A stretch of 64,000 bases of DNA from an uncultured Armatimonadetes bacterium. Lineage in GTDB: Bacteria; Armatimonadota; UBA5829; DTJY01. A program made the translations under genes and the position numbers. The stretch is taken from NCBI GenBank assembly GCA_963717145.1, contig OY970325.1, positions 3,010,448 to 3,074,447 of the forward strand, in the 5' to 3' direction. The notes under the pieces were generated by a model that saw only the letters and a list, made by a program, of their open reading frames with translations, was not told the origin of the DNA and searched no databases. Of the stretch, positions 1 to 8,233 are shown in pieces (positions within the stretch are counted from its first letter, which is position 1; every line of letters begins with the position of its first letter).

Positions 1-396
1 ATTGAAACTGATGAAGTCCTCTTCCGCGTCTGTGCCGGGCTTCTCGACGGGCGCCAGTTCCAGTCCCCTGGGCAGCCTGCGATACTTGCCGACCGAAGTC
101 GTCAGCGGCACAAGGCTCTCCACGCCCTTCTCATCCTTCATCCGTGCCTCGACCCGGATGCCTGTTTCGGTGCGGTCGAAGGCCACGCGCGTCTCCGTCT
201 GGTGCGCCACGGCATAACTCCGCGCATAGTTGACCACAGAGACGATCATCCGCGCGCCGGACCGCAGCCTGGCATCGCTCAGGGCGGGAGCCATTGACAC
301 GACGACAACAGTGCTCATCAGCACGAAAATCACCATCACCACCATCAGCTCGATGGTGGTGAAGCCTCGTCTAGTCCCAGTTGGCAACATCGGCAT
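1..396 (-). CDS. minor pseudopilin, GspH/FimT-like (N-terminus present, 3' end runs off the window)
   Basis: Absent from the ORF track because there is no stop inside the window. Reverse-strand translation from ATG 396 (or 390): MPMLPTGTRRGFTTIELMVVMVIFVLMSTVVVVSMAPALSDARLRSGARMIVSVVNYARSYAV... This is a prepilin-type leader G|FT.IE followed by a hydrophobic helix. The frame is open to position 1 and the start overlaps the gspG stop. Confidence 0.7.
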   Translation of the reverse strand, partial: MPMLPTGTRRGFTTIELMVVMVIFVLMSTVVVVSMAPALSDARLRSGARMIVSVVNYARSYAVAHQTETRVAFDRTETGIRVEARMKDEKGVESLVPLTTSVGKYRRLPRGLELAPVEKPGTDAEEDFISFN

Positions 397-820
397 CGCT
401 GCCGGTTCCGCCTTCCTTGCCGTCCCGACCGAGCGTCGAGAGATCGAACGACTCGATGTTATTCTGGCCCGGGCATTCATACATGTATTCTCTTCCCCAC
501 GGGTCCGCCGGGATGGCCTTCTTCACGTATGGGCCGTTCCAGTTCTGGAGATCCTCGTTGGCCGGCTTGACCTTCAGGGCGGCGGTGCCCTCGTCGGTAG
601 TCGGATACCGGTTGCAGTGGACGTAGAACTGGTCGAGCGCACTCTCCATGGTATCGATATCCGCCACCGCCTTTGCATGCCGCGCCTCTTCCACTCGCTT
701 GATGACGACGAGCGACACGACGCTGGCCAGTAGTACGATTATGACCATGACGACCAGCAGTTCGAGAAGGGTGAATCCCCGCCTGCTGCGCATGACCGCA
801 TTCAAATCGCGTAAGAGCAT
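371..820 (-). CDS. gspG: type II secretion major pseudopilin GspG
   Basis: Part of ORF 371..1054. MLLRDLNAVMRSRRG|FTLLELLVVMVII prepilin motif, then ...NWNGPYVKK..PADPWGREYMYECPG...GRDGKEGGTGSDADVANW, typical of GspG. ATG 820 has GAGG 6 nt upstream; alternative starts are 844 and 793. The upstream part of the track ORF is translated REP repeat. Confidence 0.85.
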   Translation of the reverse strand: MLLRDLNAVMRSRRGFTLLELLVVMVIIVLLASVVSLVVIKRVEEARHAKAVADIDTMESALDQFYVHCNRYPTTDEGTAALKVKPANEDLQNWNGPYVKKAIPADPWGREYMYECPGQNNIESFDLSTLGRDGKEGGTGSDADVANWD

Positions 821-853
821 CTGTAACCTCGGCTTTCCGTTCATTCGTCTTCT

Positions 854-1063
854 GTAGGGGAGGCCTTCAACGGCCTCCCGCTCGGGCGGGCGTAGAAGCA
901 CCGCCCCTACAGCACATCGTTCCTGGTCCGTAGGGGAGGCCTTCAACGGCCTCCCGCTCGGGCGGGCGTAAGAAGCACCGCCCCTACAGCACATCGTTCC
1001 TGGTCCGTAGGGGAGGCCTTCAACGGCCTCCCGCTCGGGCGGGCGTAGAAGCACCGCCCCTAC
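854..1063. repeat. three tandem copies of REP family A (854-910, 930-987, 1007-1063) with 19-bp spacers
   Basis: Unit: GTAGGGGAGGCCTTCAACGGCCTCCCGCTCGGGCGGGCGTAGAAGCACCGCCCCTAC. The termini GTAGGGG/CCCCTAC are complementary and enclose two internal hairpins. The array lies between gspF and gspG. Confidence 0.9.
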
Positions 1064-2286
1064 CCTGATGTAAGATTCAGTTGGAATACCGGCAGGAGCA
1101 TCGCCATTATGATGAAGGCGATCATGCTCCCGACGGTGATTATGATCAACGGCTCGAGCAGCGAAACGAGGCTCTTCAGGGACGCATCGACCTCGACATC
1201 ATACGAATTCGCTACCGTGAGCAGTGTCCCCTGGAGGTCGCCGGTCTCCTCCCCGACGCCGACCATGTGGGTCAACAGCGGCGGAAAGACTCCGGTGTCC
1301 TTCAGTCGGGTCGCGAAACTCTCTCCTTCGCGCATACCTTCGCGCACCTGGTCCGCACCGCGCGCCAGCACCTCATTCCCCGCGACCTCGCGCACGACAA
1401 CCATCGAGTCGAGCAGCGGGACTCCGCCCTTGAGCAGTGTCGCAGTCGTTCTGGCAAACCGCGAGACCGCCGACTTCAGTATCAGCTTTCCGAACAGCGG
1501 CATCTTGAGCTTCCAGCGATCCACGTGCAGTCGTCCGTTCGTGCTGCGGCCGTACTCCTTCATCCCTACGACGAGACCGACAACCGACCCGATGATGAGC
1601 CACCACCAGTGTGTCAGGAACGCCGAAACCCCGAGCATGATGATCGTCGGCAGCGGGAGCGCCTGGTTGAACTCCTCGAAAATCGTTACGAATCGCGGGA
1701 CTACGAATGTCACCAGCAGGAAGACTGAACTCAGGCCGACCGTTATCAGGAGCACCGGATACGCCAGCGCGCTTCTGATCTGCAGCTTCTGGGTCTGCTC
1801 CTTCTCCTGATAGTCCGCGAGCCACAGCAGGACGTCGGACAACTGGCCACTCGCCTCGCCTGCTTTGACCATGCTGACGTACAGCGGCGGGAATATCCTG
1901 GGATGCGAGCTGAGCGCCTCCCAGAGCGCCTTGCCGCTCTGGACATCCTGCTGCATCCTCTGCATCACCGCGCGCAGTCGAGTGCTCTCCGTATGCTCGG
2001 TGAGGGCCGCGAACGTGCGCATCAACGGCAACCCGCCCGCGACGAGGTTGGCAAGCTGGCGACTGAATACCGTCAGATCGCGGCTATTGATCCCGCCGCC
2101 GACCTTGAATGCTTCCGCCCGAGTCTCGGACGCGGCTGATTGGCTGTCCCCGACGGCTCGGACATCCACAGGGAAGAGCCCCAGGCCCTTGATCTGCAGG
2201 ATGGCGGTCTTCTCATCGTCAGCGGTGACCCGGCCGGCAACCGATCGGCCTCCATTATCCAAACCTTTGTAAGTGAAACCTGGCAT
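1060..2286 (-). CDS. gspF: type II secretion / type IV pilus platform protein GspF/PilC family
   Basis: 408-aa ORF with two T2SSF-type repeats and predicted membrane helices (e.g. ALAYPVLLITVGLSSVFLLVTFVVP). Sits between gspE and gspG. Confidence 0.9.
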   Translation of the reverse strand: MPGFTYKGLDNGGRSVAGRVTADDEKTAILQIKGLGLFPVDVRAVGDSQSAASETRAEAFKVGGGINSRDLTVFSRQLANLVAGGLPLMRTFAALTEHTESTRLRAVMQRMQQDVQSGKALWEALSSHPRIFPPLYVSMVKAGEASGQLSDVLLWLADYQEKEQTQKLQIRSALAYPVLLITVGLSSVFLLVTFVVPRFVTIFEEFNQALPLPTIIMLGVSAFLTHWWWLIIGSVVGLVVGMKEYGRSTNGRLHVDRWKLKMPLFGKLILKSAVSRFARTTATLLKGGVPLLDSMVVVREVAGNEVLARGADQVREGMREGESFATRLKDTGVFPPLLTHMVGVGEETGDLQGTLLTVANSYDVEVDASLKSLVSLLEPLIIITVGSMIAFIIMAMLLPVFQLNLTSG

Positions 2287-2338
2287 ATTTCTTCAGTTAT
2301 CAGTCGTCAGTGGGAGTAGTCTCTGTCCGCGGCCCTGG

Positions 2339-2454
2339 CAAACCCCCTCGGCCCAGAGGCCGGTCCCCCTTCGTAAGGGGGACATCACCGAACCCCTCGC
2401 GCCAAAGATGTCCCCCTTACGAAGGGGGACCGGCCTCTGGGCCGAGGGGGTTTG
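2339..2454. repeat. long compound palindrome (about 46-bp arms, about 23-nt loop)
   Basis: CAAACCCCCTCGGCCCAGAGGCCGGTCCCCCTTCGTAAGGGGGACAT ... ATGTCCCCCTTACGAAGGGGGACCGGCCTCTGGGCCGAGGGGGTTTG. Each arm also contains its own small hairpin. Lies between gspE and gspF. Confidence 0.85.
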
Positions 2455-2466
2455 ACCGGCCGCCAA

Positions 2467-4155
2467 TCATTCCGCGATGTCGAGTTCGTCCTGCTGTGTC
2501 GCGCGGACGACCTCTTCGACAGTTGTGATCCCGGCGCGAACCTTCGACCAGCCATCCTGCCGGAGAGTCGTCATCTTTCGCTCGCAGGCTGAATCGCGGA
2601 TCTCGCCCGCCGGCGCTCGATTGAGTACCAGGGCGCGAATCTTGTCGTCAATCACGAGCAGTTCGAAGATGCCCGTCCGTCCGAGATAACCCCTTCGCTT
2701 GCAGTGCTCGCACCCCTTGCCCTGATAGAGAGTGCGCGATCCCGCCAGCTCGGCATCCTGTTGACGGAGCTTGGAAAGGACTTCATCGGCGTCCTTGCGG
2801 GGCTCCTTGCAGTTCGGGCAGATCACGCGCACGAGGCGCTGTGCGAGTACGGCCTCGACCGACGAGGCGACTAGATATGGTTCGATATCCATTTCGAGCA
2901 GGCGCGTGACGGCGCCTGCCGCGTCGTTTGTGTGCAGTGTGCTGAACACCAGGTGCCCCGTGAGCGCCGAGTGAATCGCGATCTCCGCGGTCTCGGGGTC
3001 TCTGATCTCACCGACCATGATGATGTCCGGGTCCTGGCGCAGGATGTGCCGGAGTCCGTTCGCAAACGTGAGGCCGATGCGCGCGTGTACCTGGATTTGG
3101 TTCACGCCGTCAAGCTGATACTCGACAGGGTCCTCGATGGTGATGATCTTCTTCTCCGGCGAGTATGCCCTCTGCAGCGCGCCGTAGAGGGTCGTCGTCT
3201 TACCGCTTCCAGTGGGACCGGTTGCGAGGATCATCCCGTGCGGGAGGGTGATCAGTTTCTCCATGCGCTTGAGGTCTGTCCCGAGCATCCCTACCTTCTC
3301 GAGGCTGTAACTCATGCTGCTCCGATCGAGGAGTCTCAGGACGACGCTCTCGCCGAACAGGGTCGGGACCGTCGATACGCGGATGTCGATCTCTCGTCCG
3401 CCGATCTTCGTTTTGATGCGTCCGTCCTGCGGCAGTCGTCTCTCCGCGATGTCGAGGTTCGACATGATCTTGAGGCGCGAGATGATCGCAGACTGGAGGC
3501 GTTTCGGCGGGGCCGAGATCTCATGTAGCATGCCGTCTACGCGGTAGCGGACATGGAGACCCTTCTCGAACGGCTCGACGTGTACGTCACTCGCGCGTTC
3601 CTGGACCGCCTGCCGAAGGACCAGGTTGACGAGCTTGATGACCGTCGCTTCCTTGGCCATCCGCTCGAGGTCGCCGATCTCGTCCTGCGACTCATCGAGG
3701 ATCTGTATCTCCTCGTCGGCGGTGTCGGCGATCATTCGCCGCATGTAGTGCTCTTCGACGAGGCGGCGTATCTCCTTCGGGTCGGCGAACACGAGATCGA
3801 CGGCGAGGCCGGTCACCATGCGGATGTCGTCCGCGGCGCAGATGTTGAACGGATCGGCGATGGCCACCTTGATGGTATGATCGCTAAGGCTCAGAGGCAG
3901 CGCCTGATGTCGGTAGGCAAGCTCGGGCGGAATGAGCGAGATCACCTGGGGATTCAGATCGTCTTCCCTGATGTCGATCAGGCATCCGCCTGCCTGTGCG
4001 GCGAGGGCTTCCTGCACCTTCTCAGGCGTGCAGAAACCCATATTGACGACTACCTCACCGAGGAGTTGGCCCGTATCGCGCTGCACGGCCAATGCCTGCT
4101 GCAACTGCTCTTCGGAGAGAGGTACTCGCTCCTGCAATAATTCGGCTATGCGCAT
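2467..4155 (-). CDS. gspE: type II secretion / type IV pilus assembly ATPase GspE/PilB family
   Basis: 562 aa with Walker A GPTGSGKTT, a hexameric secretion-ATPase core, a C-terminal CxxC...CxxC cluster (CPNCKEP...CEHCKRRGY) and an N-terminal T2SSE_N-like domain. Confidence 0.92.
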   Translation of the reverse strand: MRIAELLQERVPLSEEQLQQALAVQRDTGQLLGEVVVNMGFCTPEKVQEALAAQAGGCLIDIREDDLNPQVISLIPPELAYRHQALPLSLSDHTIKVAIADPFNICAADDIRMVTGLAVDLVFADPKEIRRLVEEHYMRRMIADTADEEIQILDESQDEIGDLERMAKEATVIKLVNLVLRQAVQERASDVHVEPFEKGLHVRYRVDGMLHEISAPPKRLQSAIISRLKIMSNLDIAERRLPQDGRIKTKIGGREIDIRVSTVPTLFGESVVLRLLDRSSMSYSLEKVGMLGTDLKRMEKLITLPHGMILATGPTGSGKTTTLYGALQRAYSPEKKIITIEDPVEYQLDGVNQIQVHARIGLTFANGLRHILRQDPDIIMVGEIRDPETAEIAIHSALTGHLVFSTLHTNDAAGAVTRLLEMDIEPYLVASSVEAVLAQRLVRVICPNCKEPRKDADEVLSKLRQQDAELAGSRTLYQGKGCEHCKRRGYLGRTGIFELLVIDDKIRALVLNRAPAGEIRDSACERKMTTLRQDGWSKVRAGITTVEEVVRATQQDELDIAE

Positions 4156-4408
4156 TGCTCATCTTTCCGTTTTGTAATAACCAGGTACTATGACCCGGAA
4201 TTGGCCCGGATTGTTCCTGATACCGTTTACATCCTGCGATCTTCCGCTACCCAGTACTTAGACGCGTATTCAGCCTGAAAAGTTGTGAAACCGGCGGAGA
4301 TGCTTGCATCACGCACCCGCGAACCGTCGTTGCTCAATGGTCTTAGATACTCGCCGGCGTCATCTCCTTCAATCGGTTCCTGATGCAGAAAGAAGAGGGA
4401 ACCGTCTG

Positions 4409-4525
4409 GTCCTGAGTGCGCCGGTGAATGACGGCGTGTATCGAAGGACGGTGGAACATGCACAAAGGTTGGTGGCACAAGGCCGTCCTTCGATACACGC
4501 CGTCATTCACCGGCGCACTCAGGAC
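4409..4525. repeat. long palindrome (43-bp arms, about 31-nt loop)
   Basis: GTCCTGAGTGCGCCGGTGAATGACGGCGTGTATCGAAGGACGG ... CCGTCCTTCGATACACGCCGTCATTCACCGGCGCACTCAGGAC. Confidence 0.85.
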
Positions 4526-4611
4526 TAGCGGGTTCTGGGAAACAAGAAAAAGGGCGGGACACCTTCCGGCATCCCGCCCATTCCGACTTCTGACTCCTGA
4601 CTCCTTGCCAC

Positions 4612-5286
4612 CTACGCGGCAATCGTCGCGACATCCACCTCGCTCCAGTCGCCTTTCTCACCGGAGCGGCTGATCCACCGCATGCGATAGTAGGCCGGCT
4701 GGTTCGCATCCTCAGCAGCGAACTCGACCACATACGGGCTGCGGGTCGCAACGCCGACCATCCGCATGTCCGTGTTGTTGATCGGCGGCTCGCCGATCTT
4801 CAGCCAGACCTCCGCGCCGAGCGCGCCTGCGGGCTTGGCCCTGCTCGTGCCGGTATCCGTCGAGTTCTGGATGCGGAGCACGTGCTTCAGGTGCGGGCGG
4901 ATGTCGATGTTTGCGGTCGGCCTGTTGTCCTGAAGCGTGACGCTCTGAGGAGTATTGCTCGATCCCCGGAGCGGTATCGCCATCTCCTGCCGGTCGACGT
5001 TCGTCGTGCCGGGGTGGGTCTGGATTCGGGCGACCAGCGGGCGGATGAGTTCCTCACAAGCTGCGCGGTTGATCTTCTTGTCCTCACTCGCAGAGGCTGC
5101 GGCCGTCTTGGCGGCATCCCATGCGAGCCGCGCCGTGTTGAAACCCGGCTCTGCGGCGGCAATATCGGTGACATCGCCGGCCACGAGTCCGAACTTGGCG
5201 AGATTCGAACTCACGTAGGCGATGAAAGTGCTCATCCACATCGTGAATTCGAGATCGCTGCTCGGCAAATAGGTTGAAGAGGCCAT
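4612..5286 (-). CDS. hypothetical protein (224 aa)
   Basis: Clean ORF with GAGGG 8 nt upstream of the ATG. No domain I recognise. The C-terminus ...AYYRMRWISRSGEKGDWSEVDVATIAA looks like a beta-sandwich tail. Confidence 0.6.
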   Translation of the reverse strand: MASSTYLPSSDLEFTMWMSTFIAYVSSNLAKFGLVAGDVTDIAAAEPGFNTARLAWDAAKTAAASASEDKKINRAACEELIRPLVARIQTHPGTTNVDRQEMAIPLRGSSNTPQSVTLQDNRPTANIDIRPHLKHVLRIQNSTDTGTSRAKPAGALGAEVWLKIGEPPINNTDMRMVGVATRSPYVVEFAAEDANQPAYYRMRWISRSGEKGDWSEVDVATIAA

Positions 5287-5756
5287 GTCTATGCCCTCAC
5301 TTGATGGCCGACGACGCGCCGGCCGGTAGTCGGCGCAGTGTGACCCGAGCCGCCGTTCATATTATCGGCATTCAGGGCAGACTTCTCCAGCGATAGACGT
5401 GTAACCGCTCGATCGGGGAACGGCATTCCCAAGCCGGGGGGTGGCATAAGTATGCACGCGAACGCCTCAGGTATGACTACCCACGTCACCGGGAGGCATG
5501 GGAACGTGATAAGTATGCATACCCAAAGCACCGGTAGGCCGGGGATCGCCATCGGGACGCATACTTCTGAGATCAGGATTCGTGGGAATATGGTTTGCGG
5601 ATCGAGGCACGGGAGGATGGGTGCGCGTGATTCCGTCATGGGTATCGCACCCGGCGTTCGTTAGGTACTTGTTACGAGTGAAGGGAAGTCTCTTTGTGCG
5701 GGCGCGTGGCGAGAAAGCTGGAGAAGAAATAAGTCGCGTTATCCAACAAGCTGGAA

Positions 5757-5792
5757 GGGGGATGGCCTGGCCTTCAGCCTCTGCCATCCCCC
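5757..5792 (-). terminator. hairpin downstream of the 5897..7407 operon (possible terminator)
   Basis: GGGGGATGGC-N16-GCCATCCCCC, a 10-bp GC-rich stem about 105 nt after the stop at 5897. Only a weak T-rich tail follows on the minus strand. Confidence 0.35.
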
Positions 5793-5896
5793 TCAGGAAG
5801 ACAGTAATCGCAGATCGAGCCTAGTCCAGCAAACTCCACATCAGAAAGCCGTGACTGGCAGGTTAAGCCGTTAGAGACATGCCAAAACCTCTGTGC

Positions 5897-6253
5897 CTAT
5901 TTCGGCGGTTCCAGTCCTTCTGTCTTCTCTATCAGTTTCGTGCCTACATTGACGCCAGCGGATAGGACGCCCGTCACCTTCTCGATCGCTGTGACCCCGC
6001 TTCTCAGATCTTCAAGTGCGTCCTTTATCGATTCGTTAGCTTTGCTAACATCACCAACAAGGCTCTTTATCTGCTGCTCGTGTTTCGAGAAGATCAGGTT
6101 GCGTCCCTTGAGATAGTTGAGATTCGCTTGTTTCCAGGCATTCACTATCTCGAGAGTTTGGGCATAGTTCGCTCTCCGCACCATATCATCTAGGTCGTCG
6201 TCAATGAGTCGGAACTGCTCGCTCAGAAGCAGGTAAACGTCTTGGTCGTTCAC
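5897..6253 (-). CDS. hypothetical small helical protein (118 aa), low-GC island
   Basis: ORF overlaps the upstream gene by 4 nt (ATGA coupling). Composition is charged and helical. No recognisable family. Confidence 0.6.
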   Translation of the reverse strand: MNDQDVYLLLSEQFRLIDDDLDDMVRRANYAQTLEIVNAWKQANLNYLKGRNLIFSKHEQQIKSLVGDVSKANESIKDALEDLRSGVTAIEKVTGVLSAGVNVGTKLIEKTEGLEPPK

Positions 6254-7407
6254 GGCTGCCCTCCTTTTTGGTTTGCCCTCAAAAGCTCAGTCATAAAGTT
6301 GGCCGGCATTCCTTTGGACTCAAGCTCGTCGAGCATGATCTGCACTGTGGCCGATTCACTCATCAGCTCCTGCATGGAAAACGGTTTTTGAGCGGCGAGT
6401 TGCTCATGAAGGACCAGGAGCTTGCCAAGTGCGCGAGAAACACCCGTGCCCGTATCTTCTGAGAGTTCCATCAACGGGTATGCACGTGCAATTATCATTT
6501 TCATGCTACCAGCCTTCAAGCCGGGCTGTGTAAACGGCATCGTAGGCTCGGGCCAGTGCAGTTGGTATTGGCTCAAGACTCGATTCACCAGAGCCGTAGA
6601 GTCGACAGCCTCACTCTCTACAAGTTCAAGAGCTACCGACTTATAGGTGGCTGCGCGTCGACCGGCAATGCCGGAGACTTCCCTATCCTTCCCTTGACTG
6701 TCCTTCATCGTCTTGTCTCCACCATAGAGTGGCATCTCGGCATCAAAAATTTCTTTGGTCTTCTGCACTATCGGGACAAGACGACGACTCTCTCGCAGCA
6801 ATTTGCGGTTATGCTGGATAGTACCTAACTCCTTGATCAGATCCTTAAACAATCCCTGAACCACTGTGGAAATCGTTCCCGTAGGATCTGGAAGGGATAG
6901 ACTGGCTGCGGAATTCGCCGCCTTGATCAGTCCACCAATGCTGTCCTCCAGTTCTTTCGTCGAGTCATAGTCCGCCAACCGTCCATAGCTAGCGTATGCA
7001 CGCTCTATTTCTTTGGCAAGCCGGGCCCTAGCAGCCAATGCCCGATAGGTTACTTGATATTCGTGCAAGATTGCCTCATCTGTTGCCGACATCGCCAAGG
7101 AAGGAGGCGTAGGTGGAGTTTGGCCGTTCTCCTTTGCTTTCTTCACCTGTTCTTCGTATTTCCGTTCAACCAGATAGGCTTCACGAAAGGCATTCAACTC
7201 GTATGTATCCAGGGTATCCTGTTGCAACAACCCATAGTACTCCGCCATCTGCTTGAAAACAGTCTCTCCACCGCTGGCTACCTTTGATGCGTCCTGACGG
7301 AGAGACTTCGTGCAGCCTGTGAGTAAGATCGCACACAGGGCAAATAGCATGAGCCCACGGAATGGCCCACTGCGTGAACCATTTGACCGAAATGAGGGGT
7401 AGAGCAT
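6250..7407 (-). CDS. hypothetical lipoprotein (about 385 aa), low-GC island
   Basis: Lipobox LMLFALCAILLTG|C. ATG 7407 is preceded by GAAGGAGG (6-nt spacing); the track start at 7422 is a TTG inside the RBS. The mature part is predicted all-helical and matches no family I know. Confidence 0.7.
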   Translation of the reverse strand: MLYPSFRSNGSRSGPFRGLMLFALCAILLTGCTKSLRQDASKVASGGETVFKQMAEYYGLLQQDTLDTYELNAFREAYLVERKYEEQVKKAKENGQTPPTPPSLAMSATDEAILHEYQVTYRALAARARLAKEIERAYASYGRLADYDSTKELEDSIGGLIKAANSAASLSLPDPTGTISTVVQGLFKDLIKELGTIQHNRKLLRESRRLVPIVQKTKEIFDAEMPLYGGDKTMKDSQGKDREVSGIAGRRAATYKSVALELVESEAVDSTALVNRVLSQYQLHWPEPTMPFTQPGLKAGSMKMIIARAYPLMELSEDTGTGVSRALGKLLVLHEQLAAQKPFSMQELMSESATVQIMLDELESKGMPANFMTELLRANQKGGQP

Positions 7408-7488
7408 GCAGTCCTCCTTCAAAGCGTCACTTTTCCACTAATGGCTTAACCCAACTAGCCTTGAAAGCTTGGCTGGATTAGCATCGGG

Positions 7489-7517
7489 ATTATAACAATA
7501 TCCGGAGAGGCTGTCAA
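7489..7517 (-). promoter_or_regulatory. consensus sigma70 promoter for the 7407..5897 operon
   Basis: Minus strand reads TTGACA-gcctctccggatattgt-TATAAT: exact -35 and -10 hexamers, 17-bp spacer, and a TGT extended -10. It lies about 80 nt upstream of ATG 7407. Confidence 0.6.
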
Positions 7518-7645
7518 TGGGTAAGTTCAGGGCAATCGCACATTGACGTGCATGCGGTATTGTCACGATTAATGAGATTATTGCTGCACGAACCTTTGGG
7601 ATAAAGCCTCGAGCTGGTGAATAGCACTTTCACCAGGAGGTCACC

Positions 7646-7879
7646 ATGGGCGGTTACGCAGGGTTCTTCGCACACTTTGGCATCGAGCCTGATCCAAGAG
7701 GAGAGCGGGGTATGAAACAGAAGCTGTTAGATGTGCTCTTCATCGCATTGTGCACGGTTCTCTCGGGCGGTGAAGGGTTTACGGATATGCATCTATTTGC
7801 GAAGTCGCGTGAGGAATGGCTGAGGAAGCATATCCAACTGCCTGGAGGCATACCCTCGCACGACACGTTCCGAGGAGTG
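7646..7879 (+). pseudogene. ISAs1-family transposase N-terminal remnant (about 78 codons)
   Basis: FGIEPDPRGERGMKQKLLDVLFIALCTVLSGGEGFTDMHLFAKSREEWLRKHIQLPGGIPSHDTFRGV matches the conserved N-terminus of ISAs1/H-repeat transposases. Similarity stops near 7880 and there is no DDE domain. The rest of track ORF 7646..8176 is unrelated read-through. Confidence 0.6.
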
Positions 7880-8023
7880 CCTTCGATCACTGTCAGCAAC
7901 GAGCGCTCGCCCTGGGTACGTTGGTTCAGACCTAAGCGTATGGCCATGACTTGCAGCCATGGTTTAGGCCGTGATCTGCGGCCAGCGAGTGAGCGATTCC
8001 GTGGGGAAAAGGTGTCGGGTCGC

Positions 8024-8163
8024 CTATTCCAACGGATCCTCGAGCACCCACTGCTTGCCTTCGACCATCGGGGTGCGGTAGGTGTGCTCGATGCGGCCGG
8101 TCTTCTCGAGGTGGTCCATGCACTTCCTCAGGCAGCCCCGACCGCCGCAGATCGTGTGGTGGC
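8024..8163 (-). pseudogene. orphan duplicated 3' end (last ~46 codons plus stop) of the Fe-S gene at 9074..9976
   Basis: 8024-8163 aligns base for base with 9074-9213, with 5 mismatches that I counted. The same frame gives ...CGGRGCLRKCMDHLEKTGRIEH.YRTPMVEGKQWVLEDPLE*. Confidence 0.8.
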
Positions 8164-8233
8164 AGCCTGGAATTGATCGGATAGCTGCGTCACAGCCTCA
8201 CCGATGATAGAGACGTATGGCGCATGCGGGCGC

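Noticed and set aside
2-733. Plus-strand ORFs 2..217, 230..733 and 381..626 at the left edge.
   Set aside because: The minus strand here encodes two pseudopilins with textbook prepilin N-termini. The plus-strand ORFs have no motifs.
2310-2528. ORFs translated from repeat hairpins. Examples: 2273..2455, 2310..2528, 4428..4673, 4503..4751, 17468..17665, 44346..44717, 48547..48803, and N-terminal extensions such as MARHRF.../KAMSSHRTPK.
   Set aside because: The same peptide strings recur on both strands wherever a palindrome occurs. They are by-products of REP sequences, not genes.
5289-5787. ORFs 5289..5639 and 5467..5787 (minus), and 5452..5664 and 5582..5824 (plus), in the 470-bp leader region.
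   Set aside because: They overlap one another, have odd composition (Pro/Cys/His/Thr-rich) and lack a properly spaced RBS. One is interrupted by a stop in the middle of a repeated HTY-encoding motif. The region is treated as non-coding of unknown function.
7880-8176. The C-terminal 100 codons of ORF 7646..8176.
   Set aside because: Similarity to ISAs1 transposases ends near 7880. The remainder reads through junk and the antisense of a duplicated gene fragment.
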